Source of the DNA: an uncultured Lachnospiraceae bacterium
GTDB lineage: Bacteria; Bacillota; Clostridia; Lachnospirales; Lachnospiraceae
Reading direction: 5' to 3'
DNA: 64,000 nucleotides
Assembly (NCBI GenBank): GCA_946405625.1
Contig: CAMJHQ010000013.1
Span: 6,037 to 70,036 of the forward strand
A program made the position numbers and the translations under genes. Under the pieces are notes generated by a model. That model had not been told where the DNA came from. It saw nothing but the letters and a program-made list of their open reading frames with translations, and did no database searches. The number at the start of each line of letters is the position of its first letter. Position 1 is the first letter of the stretch. Below are positions 9,597 through 18,866 of this stretch, one piece after another.

Positions 9597-10622
9597 ATGA
9601 TCAACATTGTATATACAACAGATGATAACTTTATTCCGCAGATAAATGCGGCAGTTGCATCCGTTCTTGAAAATAACAGGAATAATGATATTCATATATA
9701 TCTGATGTCCAAAGGAGTTACTGATGCTCATAAGGAATCTCTTACAGACTTCGTCAACTCATATGATCAATCGATCACGATAATTGAGATTCCCGATATT
9801 GCAGCACTTACAGGACGTGAGATTGATACAGGCGGATGGAATGACATCGTTCTTTCAAGACTCTTCCTTGATAAACTTCTTCCCGCAGATGTTGAGAAGA
9901 TACTTTATCTTGACGGAGATACGATTGTCAGACAGGATCTGAGTCCTCTCTATAACATGGATATCCGCAATTCCGTTCTGGCAGCCGCTATAGAACCTGT
10001 AGTTCCGAAACACCGCAAGAAGGCGATCGGCCTTGACGGACATGCACCGTATTATAATGCAGGCGTCCTACTGATGAACCTCAAACTGTGGAAGGAACGT
10101 GATACCGGAAAACGTATTATGGATTTCTTTGCAGCACATGATTATAAGCTTTTTGCGAATGATCAGGATGCAATAAACGGATGTCTGAAGAATGAAATAT
10201 TCCCGATATCCTTTACTTACAACTTTGCAAATACTTATTGCTTCTATCCTTACAGCGCCATCATGAGATGGCTGCCTGAAGGAAACAGGATATCAAAGCT
10301 ACACTATAAGGAGATTGTTAAAGATCCCGTTATAGTACATTATCTCGGTGAGGAACGACCTTGGAGACATGGAAGCTGCCACAGATTCGGAGCTGACTTC
10401 TTCAAGTATTATAAGCTCACACCGATAGGACGAAACAGAAAAACCCGTGGTTCGGTTATGGAATACGGATGGGAGAAATATTTCTTCTGCTTCTACACCT
10501 TCAGCTTCTTCATGAAACCTTTCCCGGACCTCAGACTGGCAATAATCAATTCTCTGATCCCTGCTTTTATGAAATATCGTAAGAAGCAGCGTGAGAAGGA
10601 GCTTTCAAAAAAATCGGAGTAA
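9597..10622 (+). CDS. Glycosyltransferase family 8
   Basis: NIVYTTDDNF, YLDGDTIV (DxD), YYNAGVLLMNLKLW, NDQDAING and HYLGEERPW are typical GT8 motifs. GAGGAG SD is present. Confidence 0.85.
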   Translation: MINIVYTTDDNFIPQINAAVASVLENNRNNDIHIYLMSKGVTDAHKESLTDFVNSYDQSITIIEIPDIAALTGREIDTGGWNDIVLSRLFLDKLLPADVEKILYLDGDTIVRQDLSPLYNMDIRNSVLAAAIEPVVPKHRKKAIGLDGHAPYYNAGVLLMNLKLWKERDTGKRIMDFFAAHDYKLFANDQDAINGCLKNEIFPISFTYNFANTYCFYPYSAIMRWLPEGNRISKLHYKEIVKDPVIVHYLGEERPWRHGSCHRFGADFFKYYKLTPIGRNRKTRGSVMEYGWEKYFFCFYTFSFFMKPFPDLRLAIINSLIPAFMKYRKKQREKELSKKSE

Positions 10623-10626
10623 TAAT

Positions 10627-11709
10627 ATGACAACAAAAAGCAATTTCTTCAACAGAATACGAAACATAAAAAGAGCTGAAGAGCTCGGTAGAATAGATGA
10701 ACGTCTTAAAAACATCAAAAGAGCCGACGAACTCGGCGGGATAGATGCACGCCTTCAGGAAATCAAGGCTGAAGAAGCTTCACGTCCTGCCTTCTCCATA
10801 GTTGTCATCACCTATGAGCCTGTGTGGGAAAAGCTTCGCGCAACCCTTGCTTCTATTCTTTCTCAGGACTTCAAGGATTATGAGATCATCATGACCGATG
10901 ACGGTTCTAAGAATAATCTATATGACAAGGTCGAGAAATATTTCAAGCATTTCGGTTTCACACGTTATAAGTTTATAACCCATGCCGAAAACAGGGGCAC
11001 CGTAAAGAATCTTATCTCGGGTGTCGGTGCAGCTGAAGGCACATATATCAGAGACTTCGGTCCCGGAGATATGTTCTATTCGCGTGATACACTCGGAAAG
11101 GTTTATAAATATATGACCGAGACCGATTGTAAGATGGCCGCAGGACTTCCGATCGGATATACCAAAACCGCCAAGGGAAGAAAGGCCGTAAAGTTCGATC
11201 ATCCTTTCGATATAGATGCATACCTGAAGAACAACGAGGAACGTATACTCGAAAATCTTATTCTTTATACTGATATGGTATGCGGAGCAAATCTCGTTTA
11301 TGAAAAAGAGTTCTTCCTGCACTATCTGAACCGTATTGAAGATCATGTAATCTATGCTGAGGATCTTCTGCAGATTATGGCAGCACTCGAAGGCGAACGT
11401 GCATCCATCATGCCTTTCAGAATGATATGGTATGAGGTTGATACAGGAAGCTCAACCAAGAAAATGTCACCTTTCAAGAAACGTCTTGCCGAAGATGTTG
11501 AGAATATGTTCGACCTGCTTCTGTCGGAGCATCCGGACAATAAGCTTCTGCAAAAAAGAAAGAAGCTGAGCAAGTTCTACAAGATAGATAACCTCTATAT
11601 GAGAACCGCTCTCCGCTCCTTTAAAAACCCCGGTCTTTACGGATATATGCTGAGACATTATTCCCAGTCCATAGCCGGAAAGCACAATCCAAAGAAGGGA
11701 CAGAGCTGA
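10627..11709 (+). CDS. Glycosyltransferase family 2
   Basis: FSIVVITYEPVWEKLRATLASILSQDFKDYEIIMTDDGS matches the GT2 N-terminal fold. GGAG SD lies before ATG 10627. The track start at 10591 overlaps the upstream gene. Confidence 0.8.
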   Translation: MTTKSNFFNRIRNIKRAEELGRIDERLKNIKRADELGGIDARLQEIKAEEASRPAFSIVVITYEPVWEKLRATLASILSQDFKDYEIIMTDDGSKNNLYDKVEKYFKHFGFTRYKFITHAENRGTVKNLISGVGAAEGTYIRDFGPGDMFYSRDTLGKVYKYMTETDCKMAAGLPIGYTKTAKGRKAVKFDHPFDIDAYLKNNEERILENLILYTDMVCGANLVYEKEFFLHYLNRIEDHVIYAEDLLQIMAALEGERASIMPFRMIWYEVDTGSSTKKMSPFKKRLAEDVENMFDLLLSEHPDNKLLQKRKKLSKFYKIDNLYMRTALRSFKNPGLYGYMLRHYSQSIAGKHNPKKGQS

Positions 11710-11784
11710 TAGCCGAAAAGTACAACCCGAAGAAGGGACAGAGCTGATAGCCGGAAAGCACAACCCGAATAAGGGACAGAATTG
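11671..11784. repeat. 3 x 38-bp tandem direct repeat spanning the stop codon of the GT2 gene
   Basis: Units are 11671-11708, 11709-11746 and 11747-11784 (atagccggaaagcacaatccaaagaagggacagagctg and two near-copies). The TGA at 11707-11709 sits at the unit junction. Confidence 0.9.
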
Positions 11785-11827
11785 ATATAAGTTATAATTT
11801 ATCATACCTTATGCATATAAAAAAATA

Positions 11828-11880
11828 CCCTCTTTACCGAACTTAAATGTTTGGTGAAGAGGGTTAATTATTCTGTTTCG
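11828..11880 (+). terminator. Rho-independent terminator of the plus-strand GT8-GT2 pair
   Basis: ccctctttaccgaac / gtttggtgaagaggg forms a 15-bp stem with two G-U pairs on the plus-strand RNA, followed by ttaattattctgttt. The same stem has mismatches on the minus-strand RNA. Confidence 0.65.
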
Positions 11881-11883
11881 TAA

Positions 11884-13326
11884 CTATTTCGAAACTGCCC
11901 CACCGGAAAAATCATTTATAAGATAACTTATCATCTTTCCCGCAGGATCACTGTATTTACTTTTATAATCCCGGATATACTTTTCTCTTATCGGTTTCAT
12001 CTCATCATTTCCGGAAAGAAGCATCTCGAGATATTTCCTGATATCTTCATACGACGAAGCATTATATGTCAGCTCCGACATTTCTTTAAACTCTTTAGAT
12101 ACAACAATATCATTTGTGCAGTATATCATAGGCTTTCCGCTGAAGAAGAACTGCCACATAACAGATGAAATATCCGAAATCAGAATGTCCACATCCTTAA
12201 AGGTATCGTTGATCATCTTATTTGTATCTACGATGACACCTTTCTCTTCGATCTTATTCTTATATTCTTCAACATCCGCTTCGGTCATTCTTCCGGTTGC
12301 GATCATATGTTCGTAGGTCAAAGGATGCGGCCTGATTATCACCTTAGTTCCCGGATATTCATCTCCGAGGTTTAGGATGTCATCCTTATATTCCATAAAA
12401 TGACTTCCGCCTATCTTCGGCTCATAGCTCCATCTCGGTGTCCACATAACAGTCTTTCCGGCACACTTCTTTTCAGCTTCCGAAGAAATATTCTTTCCTG
12501 CATCCGATGTCTCATCCGCTGTTGCTATCTCAACCGGATTCTCATCCGCTGCTATCTCAACCGAATTCTCATTCTCATCCACTGCTGCTATCTCAACCGG
12601 ATTCTCATTCTCATCCGCTGCTATCGAATCATAATGAACCGGATATCCGAGATCAACGAAGTGATGCGGCATCCTGCATACCTTCCACATAGATTCATAC
12701 ATAGTCCTGGTATGAAACTCTGAATTGTTGAATGCTATATAGAGATATCTGAAGAACTCCTTACACTCGGTATTGATTCCCTCTCCCTGCCAGAGATCGT
12801 AAGTTGCATAAGGGATGTAACAGGTCTTTGCAAAGCCCGAAACTCTCCTGCAGCAAAGACTCTTCGGAAGATAAGGATCGTAAGGCCTCTCATAGAATAC
12901 ATAGTCAAATCTGTATTTCCTTATATCAACAGCTTTCCCACTGTCATCTATTGCATTCAGGAACTTACATTTCCTGCAATTAGACTTATAAAATCTTATA
13001 TTGTTTTCATTATCACCGAACTTTCTCGTATCGGGATTAAACGGTGGAACTATCACAACACATACATTGAATCTTCCGTCCGAAGTGAGTCTCTCAAAGA
13101 AGCTTTTCTGCTTGTCCCAGACCTCAGGCATCTGAACTATATATGCAACTCTGATCTTACGATCATATTCTGTATTTATCCGATTATTCCTATGTTCTCT
13201 GATCATAAGTCCGAGCTTCAGAGCTGAGGTTATATCGAGTGCTCTGTTTCTCGGCCTGTCCACAACCTTATGAGCCGCGCTTTTGGCAATCGCTATGGAC
13301 TTGTCCTTAATTCCTCCGGTGTTCAT
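11884..13326 (-). CDS. CDP-glycerol glycerophosphotransferase family protein (TagB/TagF-like)
   Basis: VMWTPRWSY, IIRPHPLTYEHM and DILISDISSVMWQFFFSGKPMIYC match Glyphos_transf motifs. ATG 13326 is preferred because AAAGGA overlaps the earlier ATG at 13332. Confidence 0.8.
   Translation of the reverse strand: MNTGGIKDKSIAIAKSAAHKVVDRPRNRALDITSALKLGLMIREHRNNRINTEYDRKIRVAYIVQMPEVWDKQKSFFERLTSDGRFNVCVVIVPPFNPDTRKFGDNENNIRFYKSNCRKCKFLNAIDDSGKAVDIRKYRFDYVFYERPYDPYLPKSLCCRRVSGFAKTCYIPYATYDLWQGEGINTECKEFFRYLYIAFNNSEFHTRTMYESMWKVCRMPHHFVDLGYPVHYDSIAADENENPVEIAAVDENENSVEIAADENPVEIATADETSDAGKNISSEAEKKCAGKTVMWTPRWSYEPKIGGSHFMEYKDDILNLGDEYPGTKVIIRPHPLTYEHMIATGRMTEADVEEYKNKIEEKGVIVDTNKMINDTFKDVDILISDISSVMWQFFFSGKPMIYCTNDIVVSKEFKEMSELTYNASSYEDIRKYLEMLLSGNDEMKPIREKYIRDYKSKYSDPAGKMISYLINDFSGGAVSK
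12511..12630. repeat. In-frame imperfect tandem repeats (30/27/36/27 nt) inside the TagF-like gene
   Basis: ctcatccgctg(c/t)tgctatctcaaccggatt-type units encode AADENENPVEIAAVDENENSVEIAADENPVEIATADE. All unit lengths are multiples of 3. Confidence 0.85.
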
Positions 13327-13422
13327 AATCATCCTTTCAAATGTGTCATCACATTGATAAATCTATATTCTTTCAATTCTACAATTCAAAGCTCTGCAAT
13401 TTTCTTAATCCGTTCCTCAACC

Positions 13423-14913
13423 TCAACTGTTTTCACAGTCGTCGCCACCGTCAGCGCCGTCACTGTTGTCTTTCTTCATCATGATCTTTACAAGACCGAT
13501 TATCCTCTTGATATTTATAAGCACACCGATCACGCCGACTCCTATGATCGCGTATCTTACTGTATTATTCTTATACGTAAACATTATCAGATAACTGAGC
13601 ACTGTATAAACAACAAGTATAAGCAGCATAAGCTTCATGTTGTAAAGATCATCGGGAATATTCTTCTCTCTGAGCATCTTCTTGTAATAATAATAATTCA
13701 TTCCCGTAAATACCACATAACTGATAAGTGTTGTATATGCCGCAACTATATATCCGAATATCGGTATCAGAAGTGCGTTAAGGACTACGTTGAGTATTGC
13801 AGCAACCGCAGTTCCGTATACCAGCTTCTTCTTCTCTTCGAAATAGAATTCCACATTTATAAAAAGCTGCGAATAGAAAAGAAGGAGCAGGCTGAGTGCA
13901 ACCGGCGGAACAACCCATACCGCAGAGCTGTATTCAGGTTTTCCATGACCCAGGAAATATATCAGCTCCGGTGCGATAGCTACTACTCCAAGAAGAAGCA
14001 CAGCCATAATTATCGAAATGATGCAGGCCATCTTCTGATTATCCCGTCGCTCACCCTTCTTGATCTTCTCATATACCCACGGAACATAGGCATTATTAAG
14101 TGAGTTGAGCACTATTGTAAGCAGCATTGCGACCGAATAGGCAAGACCATACTGGGCAGCGTCTCCTCTTCCGCATATATGATCGATCATAACCTTATCG
14201 CTCTGGTTAAAAATACTTTGTGAAAGATAATATGGGATGAGCGGGATATTAAAGGCCAGTGCATATTTCCAATATTCCTTGTTAAACGCAGCCTTTCCGC
14301 GTATAAGTGCAAACAAAAGAATAACCACACCTATCGCAATATAAACCGCTGCCGTACCTAAAACCAGTGCCTGTCCCTTCCTGTCCGAGTTCTTTACCAA
14401 AATGTAAGAAAGAACAGGAACCGCCACTCCTATTAAAACCGTGACCAGCGACACCGCTATATATTTATATTCAAACCTCTTCTTTCCGGTCCAGCAGGCA
14501 AGCGAATTCTTTGCGATTATCGCAGCAACCATTAAAACAATAAGATGAGTCGGAAGCTTGAAAAGCAGGTTAAATGTATTCCTGAACGGCAGATATATTG
14601 CCAGAAATGCCGCAGACATTGCGATACATATCATATTTACGGCTGATATATATTCATCTCTTTTATCGCTGTATTTCAGCATCGCGGTATTGAAGGATCC
14701 GTACGCAAGATAAAGCGAAAGGAATATCGTAAGCATTGCTTCCCAGCTGTTAAAGGTTGTCTGGGTTCCATATTCAGCATCAGACATCATGCCCGTAAAA
14801 ATCGAAATTGTAAAAAAGCCTATACCGTTCTGCAGAACACTGCAGACGGTATACGCCATTGATGATTTTACCTCTTTAGGCATTGATTGTATTTTTGCTT
14901 TAAGTTTACCCAT
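13423..14913 (-). CDS. Polysaccharide flippase (Wzx-like, MOP superfamily)
   Basis: 496 aa with about 12-14 TM helices and a typical N-terminus (KSSMAYTVCSVLQNGIGFFTISIFTGMMS). Sits within a glycan locus. Confidence 0.75.
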   Translation of the reverse strand: MGKLKAKIQSMPKEVKSSMAYTVCSVLQNGIGFFTISIFTGMMSDAEYGTQTTFNSWEAMLTIFLSLYLAYGSFNTAMLKYSDKRDEYISAVNMICIAMSAAFLAIYLPFRNTFNLLFKLPTHLIVLMVAAIIAKNSLACWTGKKRFEYKYIAVSLVTVLIGVAVPVLSYILVKNSDRKGQALVLGTAAVYIAIGVVILLFALIRGKAAFNKEYWKYALAFNIPLIPYYLSQSIFNQSDKVMIDHICGRGDAAQYGLAYSVAMLLTIVLNSLNNAYVPWVYEKIKKGERRDNQKMACIISIIMAVLLLGVVAIAPELIYFLGHGKPEYSSAVWVVPPVALSLLLLFYSQLFINVEFYFEEKKKLVYGTAVAAILNVVLNALLIPIFGYIVAAYTTLISYVVFTGMNYYYYKKMLREKNIPDDLYNMKLMLLILVVYTVLSYLIMFTYKNNTVRYAIIGVGVIGVLINIKRIIGLVKIMMKKDNSDGADGGDDCENS

Positions 14914-15464
14914 TATTGTTCCTTGATATCAACATACCACTGATAAGACGGATTGTTCTTAAGATCATCTTCAAGTTTTACACCGAAGCGTTCCAGATCT
15001 GACACAGTGCAGCGTGTATAGCTGCACTTATCATAAAACTTGATTGCTCTTTGATTCTCTTTATTCACATACCAGTATATAATTCCAAGTCCCATCTCGC
15101 GATGTCCCAGAGTAAGAATATCACTCATTCCGACAGCCGATGCTCCTGTTCCCATTGCGGAACTTCTGATCGTGATCGCGAACTCTGCTGTGCCTGATTC
15201 TGTATCTATATTCTTCAGACTTACTGTACCCAGATACTCATCTGATATATCCACTATTGCAAGATGTGCACAGCCTCTCTTCTTCAGTTCCTCTACAAGT
15301 CCGTCTTTATCAACGTCTGAAGGAAGCTTATTTTGTTCGATAAAGCTATTGCAGTCTTCAATCGTCATTTCCGAGAAATTTCTGTTCATCATTTTCACAA
15401 CCGAACTGTCAAGCATCCATTCAAGCATGAGCGGTGCATCTTCCGATTTCAAACCTCTGATCAT
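14913..15464 (-). CDS. GNAT family N-acetyltransferase
   Basis: 183 aa, MIRGLKSEDAPLMLEWM..., with the GNAT core TIRSSAMGTGASAVGM and NQRAIKFYDKCSY. The stop overlaps the flippase ATG by 1 nt. Confidence 0.75.
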   Translation of the reverse strand: MIRGLKSEDAPLMLEWMLDSSVVKMMNRNFSEMTIEDCNSFIEQNKLPSDVDKDGLVEELKKRGCAHLAIVDISDEYLGTVSLKNIDTESGTAEFAITIRSSAMGTGASAVGMSDILTLGHREMGLGIIYWYVNKENQRAIKFYDKCSYTRCTVSDLERFGVKLEDDLKNNPSYQWYVDIKEQ

Positions 15465-15548
15465 TTTACCCCCCCTATATAATTCATATATAAATCATAT
15501 GTAATTCCATCGCTGAATAAAGATATTATGAATATCTAAGATCTTTAA

Positions 15549-16646
15549 TTATTTAAATTCATTTATGCAGCTGATGACATAATCCACTTCATCCTCTGTC
15601 ATTCCATAATACATCGGAAGACTGAGCTCAGTACATGATATTTCCTCTGCGCGCGGAAGCTGTCCCTCCTTTATACCGAGGTCCCTGTAAGCCTCCTGAA
15701 GGTGCATAGGTATCGGATAATGCATGTTTGTTCCGATTCCCTTATCCTTCAGATATTTCTCCAGTTCATTTCTTCTCGCTGTCCTCACTGCATAGATATG
15801 AAATACATGAGTTCTGTTATCCGATATAGTCGGAAGTATGATCTCACTGTTTGTTATCCCTTCTGAATATCTTGCAGCAGTATGCTGTCTGTCCTCGTTC
15901 CATTTATCAAGATATCTCAGCTTTACTCTGAGAAATGCAGCCTGCATCTCGTCCAGCCTTGAATTATTTCCCTTATAAATGTGATGATACTTATAATCCG
16001 AACCGTAATTACCGAGTGCTCTTACCTTATCCGCAAGCTCTTTATCATTTGTGACAACCGCTCCTCCGTCGCCAAGTGCGCCGAGATTCTTACCCGGATA
16101 GAAAGAAAAGCCCGCCGCATCACCGATAGCACCTGTTCTTATTCCCTTATAGAGTGCACCATGTGCCTGTGCACTGTCCTCTATCACCTTAAGATCATAC
16201 TTCTTTGCAATCTTGATTATCTTATCCATCGAAGTCGGCTGTCCATAGAGATGCACTGCAATGATTGCCTTTGTAGCAGGTGTGATCTTTGCCTCAATCC
16301 TCTTAGGAGAAATGTTATAAGTCTTCATACTCGGTTCAACAAAAACCGGCTTTGCACCCGTATAGGTTACTGCAAGAGCCGTTGCGATATATGTATTCGA
16401 AGGAACGATAACCTCATCGCCCTCTCCTATTCCGTAAGCACGTAAGATAAGATAGAGTGCATCAAGTCCGTTTCCGCAGCCCACGGCATACTTCGCACCG
16501 CAATATTCCGCAAATTCTTTCTCGAAGGCTTCGCATTCCTCTCCCTGGATATACCAGTTTTTTGAAAGAACTCTTTCAAAAGCTTCTTTCAGTTCGGCCT
16601 CTATCTCGCCATGCATTTTTTCAAATGATACAAAAGGGATATTCAT
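15549..16646 (-). CDS. DegT/DnrJ/EryC1/StrS family sugar aminotransferase (FdtB/QdtB-like)
   Basis: [22 protein letters not shown] and [17 protein letters not shown] (PLP lysine motif). 365 aa. Confidence 0.88.
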   Translation of the reverse strand: MNIPFVSFEKMHGEIEAELKEAFERVLSKNWYIQGEECEAFEKEFAEYCGAKYAVGCGNGLDALYLILRAYGIGEGDEVIVPSNTYIATALAVTYTGAKPVFVEPSMKTYNISPKRIEAKITPATKAIIAVHLYGQPTSMDKIIKIAKKYDLKVIEDSAQAHGALYKGIRTGAIGDAAGFSFYPGKNLGALGDGGAVVTNDKELADKVRALGNYGSDYKYHHIYKGNNSRLDEMQAAFLRVKLRYLDKWNEDRQHTAARYSEGITNSEIILPTISDNRTHVFHIYAVRTARRNELEKYLKDKGIGTNMHYPIPMHLQEAYRDLGIKEGQLPRAEEISCTELSLPMYYGMTEDEVDYVISCINEFK

Positions 16647-16667
16647 ATCTGTCTGTCCTTTAACTCT

Positions 16668-17069
16668 TTATTTCTTTCCAATATACTGAAGGAATTTATC
16701 ATAGTCTCTGATATAATCCCTCTCATCATAGAATTCAGACGCAAGTACCATAAGAACGGCATCCGGTGAGAAGTCGTACATTTCTCTCCAGATATCGTTA
16801 CTGATATAAAGGCCCTCAAACGGCTTATCCAGAACGACCTCCGCTGTCTCTGTTCCGTCATCCAGATGAATCTTACAGGTTCCGTGGATCGGTATCAGAA
16901 TCTGCTGAAGACATTTATGAGCATGAAAGCCTCTTCTTACGCCTTCTATCGTATCATACATGTAGTAAACCCTTTTAATCTCAAAGGGGATATCCTTCAT
17001 TTCTTCAATTGCAACCAGCATTCCACGGTCATCACCGTGTCTCTGGAAGTTAAACATTTTTATATCCAT
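16668..17069 (-). CDS. WxcM-like cupin; dTDP-4-keto-6-deoxyhexose 3,4-ketoisomerase (FdtA/QdtA-like)
   Basis: MDIKMFNFQRHGDDRGMLVAIEEMKDIPFEIKRVYYMYD...RRGFHAHK matches the FdtA family pattern. ATG 17069 has GGAG 9 nt upstream. The track start is a TTG at 17084. Confidence 0.8.
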   Translation of the reverse strand: MDIKMFNFQRHGDDRGMLVAIEEMKDIPFEIKRVYYMYDTIEGVRRGFHAHKCLQQILIPIHGTCKIHLDDGTETAEVVLDKPFEGLYISNDIWREMYDFSPDAVLMVLASEFYDERDYIRDYDKFLQYIGKK

Positions 17070-17096
17070 TGAGCATATCTCCAAAATGATACTTTA

Positions 17097-18038
17097 TTAC
17101 TTCTCAAGCATATCCTTATACCATCTGTCTGCCTGCTGAAGCTTGAATTCGAATTCTCTTTTATCTGTCTTCAGCATCGTATCAAGTATAAGTCCCGCAA
17201 AGAAGCTGAGAAGCGCCGCGATAACAGCAAATCCGCAAACGATAAGTGTCGGATATCTGTTAACAAGTCCGATATGATAATAGTCGATTGCAACAGGAAT
17301 AAAGAATCCGATTGCCAGTAGCAGAAGTATCAGTGAAATGATACCGAAAAACTGAAACGGTTTATAATCCCTGTAAAGAGATCCGATCGTACGGAGCACC
17401 TTCATTCCGTCTGAAACCGTGTTGAGCTTAGACTCACTTCCTTCAGGTCTGTCACGATATGTAACAATAACATTACTGATATGCATGTTCTTATCTACCG
17501 CATGTATAGTCATCTCGGTCTCGATTTCAAATCCCTTTGAAAGAACCGGGAATGTCTTTACGAATTGATAGCTGAAGGCACGGTATCCCGTCATGATATC
17601 TCTGATATCCGTCTTAAAGAGACGATTGATCGAATTTCTGACTATCGTATTACCGAAGTTATGGAACGGTCTCTTATTCTCTGTAAAATATGTTGATGAC
17701 AGTCTGTCTCCGACTACCATATCAACATTCTTCTCGAGGACTTCCTTCACCATCTCCGGTCCGAACTCCGCAGGATAGGTATCGTCACCGTCGATCATTA
17801 TATAGCACTTTGCATCTATATCTCTGAACATCGACCTTACAACATTTCCCTTGCCCTGCTGATATTCATATCTGACTATCGCACCTGCACGTCTTGCTAT
17901 CTCATCAGTCTTATCCGTAGAATTGTTATCATAGACATATATTACCGCCTCGGGAATAGCCTTCTTCCAGTCGGTAACTACCTTTTCAATTGTTTTGCTT
18001 TCGTTATAGCAGGGGATAAGTACTGCAATTTCATCCAT
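17097..18038 (-). CDS. GT2 polyprenyl-phosphate glycosyltransferase (GtrB/CsbB-like)
   Basis: IAVLIPCYNESKTIEKVV, YVYDNNSTDKT and IMIDGDDTYPA, plus two C-terminal TM helices, which is typical of GtrB-type enzymes. Confidence 0.8.
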   Translation of the reverse strand: MDEIAVLIPCYNESKTIEKVVTDWKKAIPEAVIYVYDNNSTDKTDEIARRAGAIVRYEYQQGKGNVVRSMFRDIDAKCYIMIDGDDTYPAEFGPEMVKEVLEKNVDMVVGDRLSSTYFTENKRPFHNFGNTIVRNSINRLFKTDIRDIMTGYRAFSYQFVKTFPVLSKGFEIETEMTIHAVDKNMHISNVIVTYRDRPEGSESKLNTVSDGMKVLRTIGSLYRDYKPFQFFGIISLILLLLAIGFFIPVAIDYYHIGLVNRYPTLIVCGFAVIAALLSFFAGLILDTMLKTDKREFEFKLQQADRWYKDMLEK

Positions 18039-18050
18039 AGATTAACTCCT

Positions 18051-18845
18051 CTATACGTTATCAACCTTGTTGAATTTTTCCGATTGATTATACACTTTAT
18101 TGATGATTGCCGCAATCGGCTTTGGCCAGAACTTACGGAACATCTCGAAATTTTCCTTTTTTCTGATACCTCCCGAAAGAGCTATCGAGGTTGTTGATTC
18201 CTCATGAATCCTATGGTAAGTAAGCTTCTTCGGCACATAGATTATATCGCCCTTCATGCCGAATACCTTCTCAAGCATCTCCCAGTCTTCACAGCAGATG
18301 AAATGATCCTCGAAGATCGGCTTCGGAAGATTACGTACCGCAAAGGTCACCGAAGGACATATGATCGGATCACCGAGAGAAAGCGTATATCTTCTGAGGA
18401 TTCTGCTCTTTCTCACAAAACCGAGCCTGAGCGGCATGGTCAGCCACTTCTTAATCCTTATCATAGTCGACTTTTCGACTCTCTCACCGCGTCTGATCTC
18501 ATAATAATCCGTAAAACCGATAAGCGGTTTTTTTGCTTTCCTCATTCTTCCGACGACCTGCCTCGTATAATCCGGCTCATATTTATCATCCTGATGCGCG
18601 ATCGTAACAAATCTCGTTTTAGCTTTACTGAGTGCGAAGTTCCAGTCCTGGGTTATTCCCGCTTCGCCCTCGTTTATATACAAAGGAATATCATACTTCT
18701 TACAGATATCCGTAAGAAAATCACTCGGTGTATGAGTTGCCATTATGATCTCAGACTTAACTGTCTGGTTCATCAATGACTCAATACACTCTTCGAGATA
18801 TTCACTTTCCTTATAAGCACATATTGCAAATGTATGTATTCTCAT
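18051..18845 (-). CDS. Glycosyltransferase family 2
   Basis: FAICAYKESEYLEECIESLMNQT and HQDDKYEP (DxD-like) indicate a GT-A fold. 264 aa. Confidence 0.7.
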   Translation of the reverse strand: MRIHTFAICAYKESEYLEECIESLMNQTVKSEIIMATHTPSDFLTDICKKYDIPLYINEGEAGITQDWNFALSKAKTRFVTIAHQDDKYEPDYTRQVVGRMRKAKKPLIGFTDYYEIRRGERVEKSTMIRIKKWLTMPLRLGFVRKSRILRRYTLSLGDPIICPSVTFAVRNLPKPIFEDHFICCEDWEMLEKVFGMKGDIIYVPKKLTYHRIHEESTTSIALSGGIRKKENFEMFRKFWPKPIAAIINKVYNQSEKFNKVDNV

Positions 18846-18866
18846 TATACTGTTCCTTCCGCAGGT

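Noticed and set aside
11671-12630. Tandem repeats considered as a possible CRISPR array; the same question applies to 27446-27527 and 58543-58692
   Set aside because: The units are contiguous with no unique spacers, there are only 2-5 copies, most are in-frame inside CDSs, and there are no cas genes.
13270-14103. 277-aa plus-strand ORF overlapping the flippase gene
   Set aside because: It lies entirely inside and antisense to a well-supported Wzx-like CDS. Its composition (Ile/Tyr/Lys/His-rich, no domain) is typical of an AT-rich shadow ORF.
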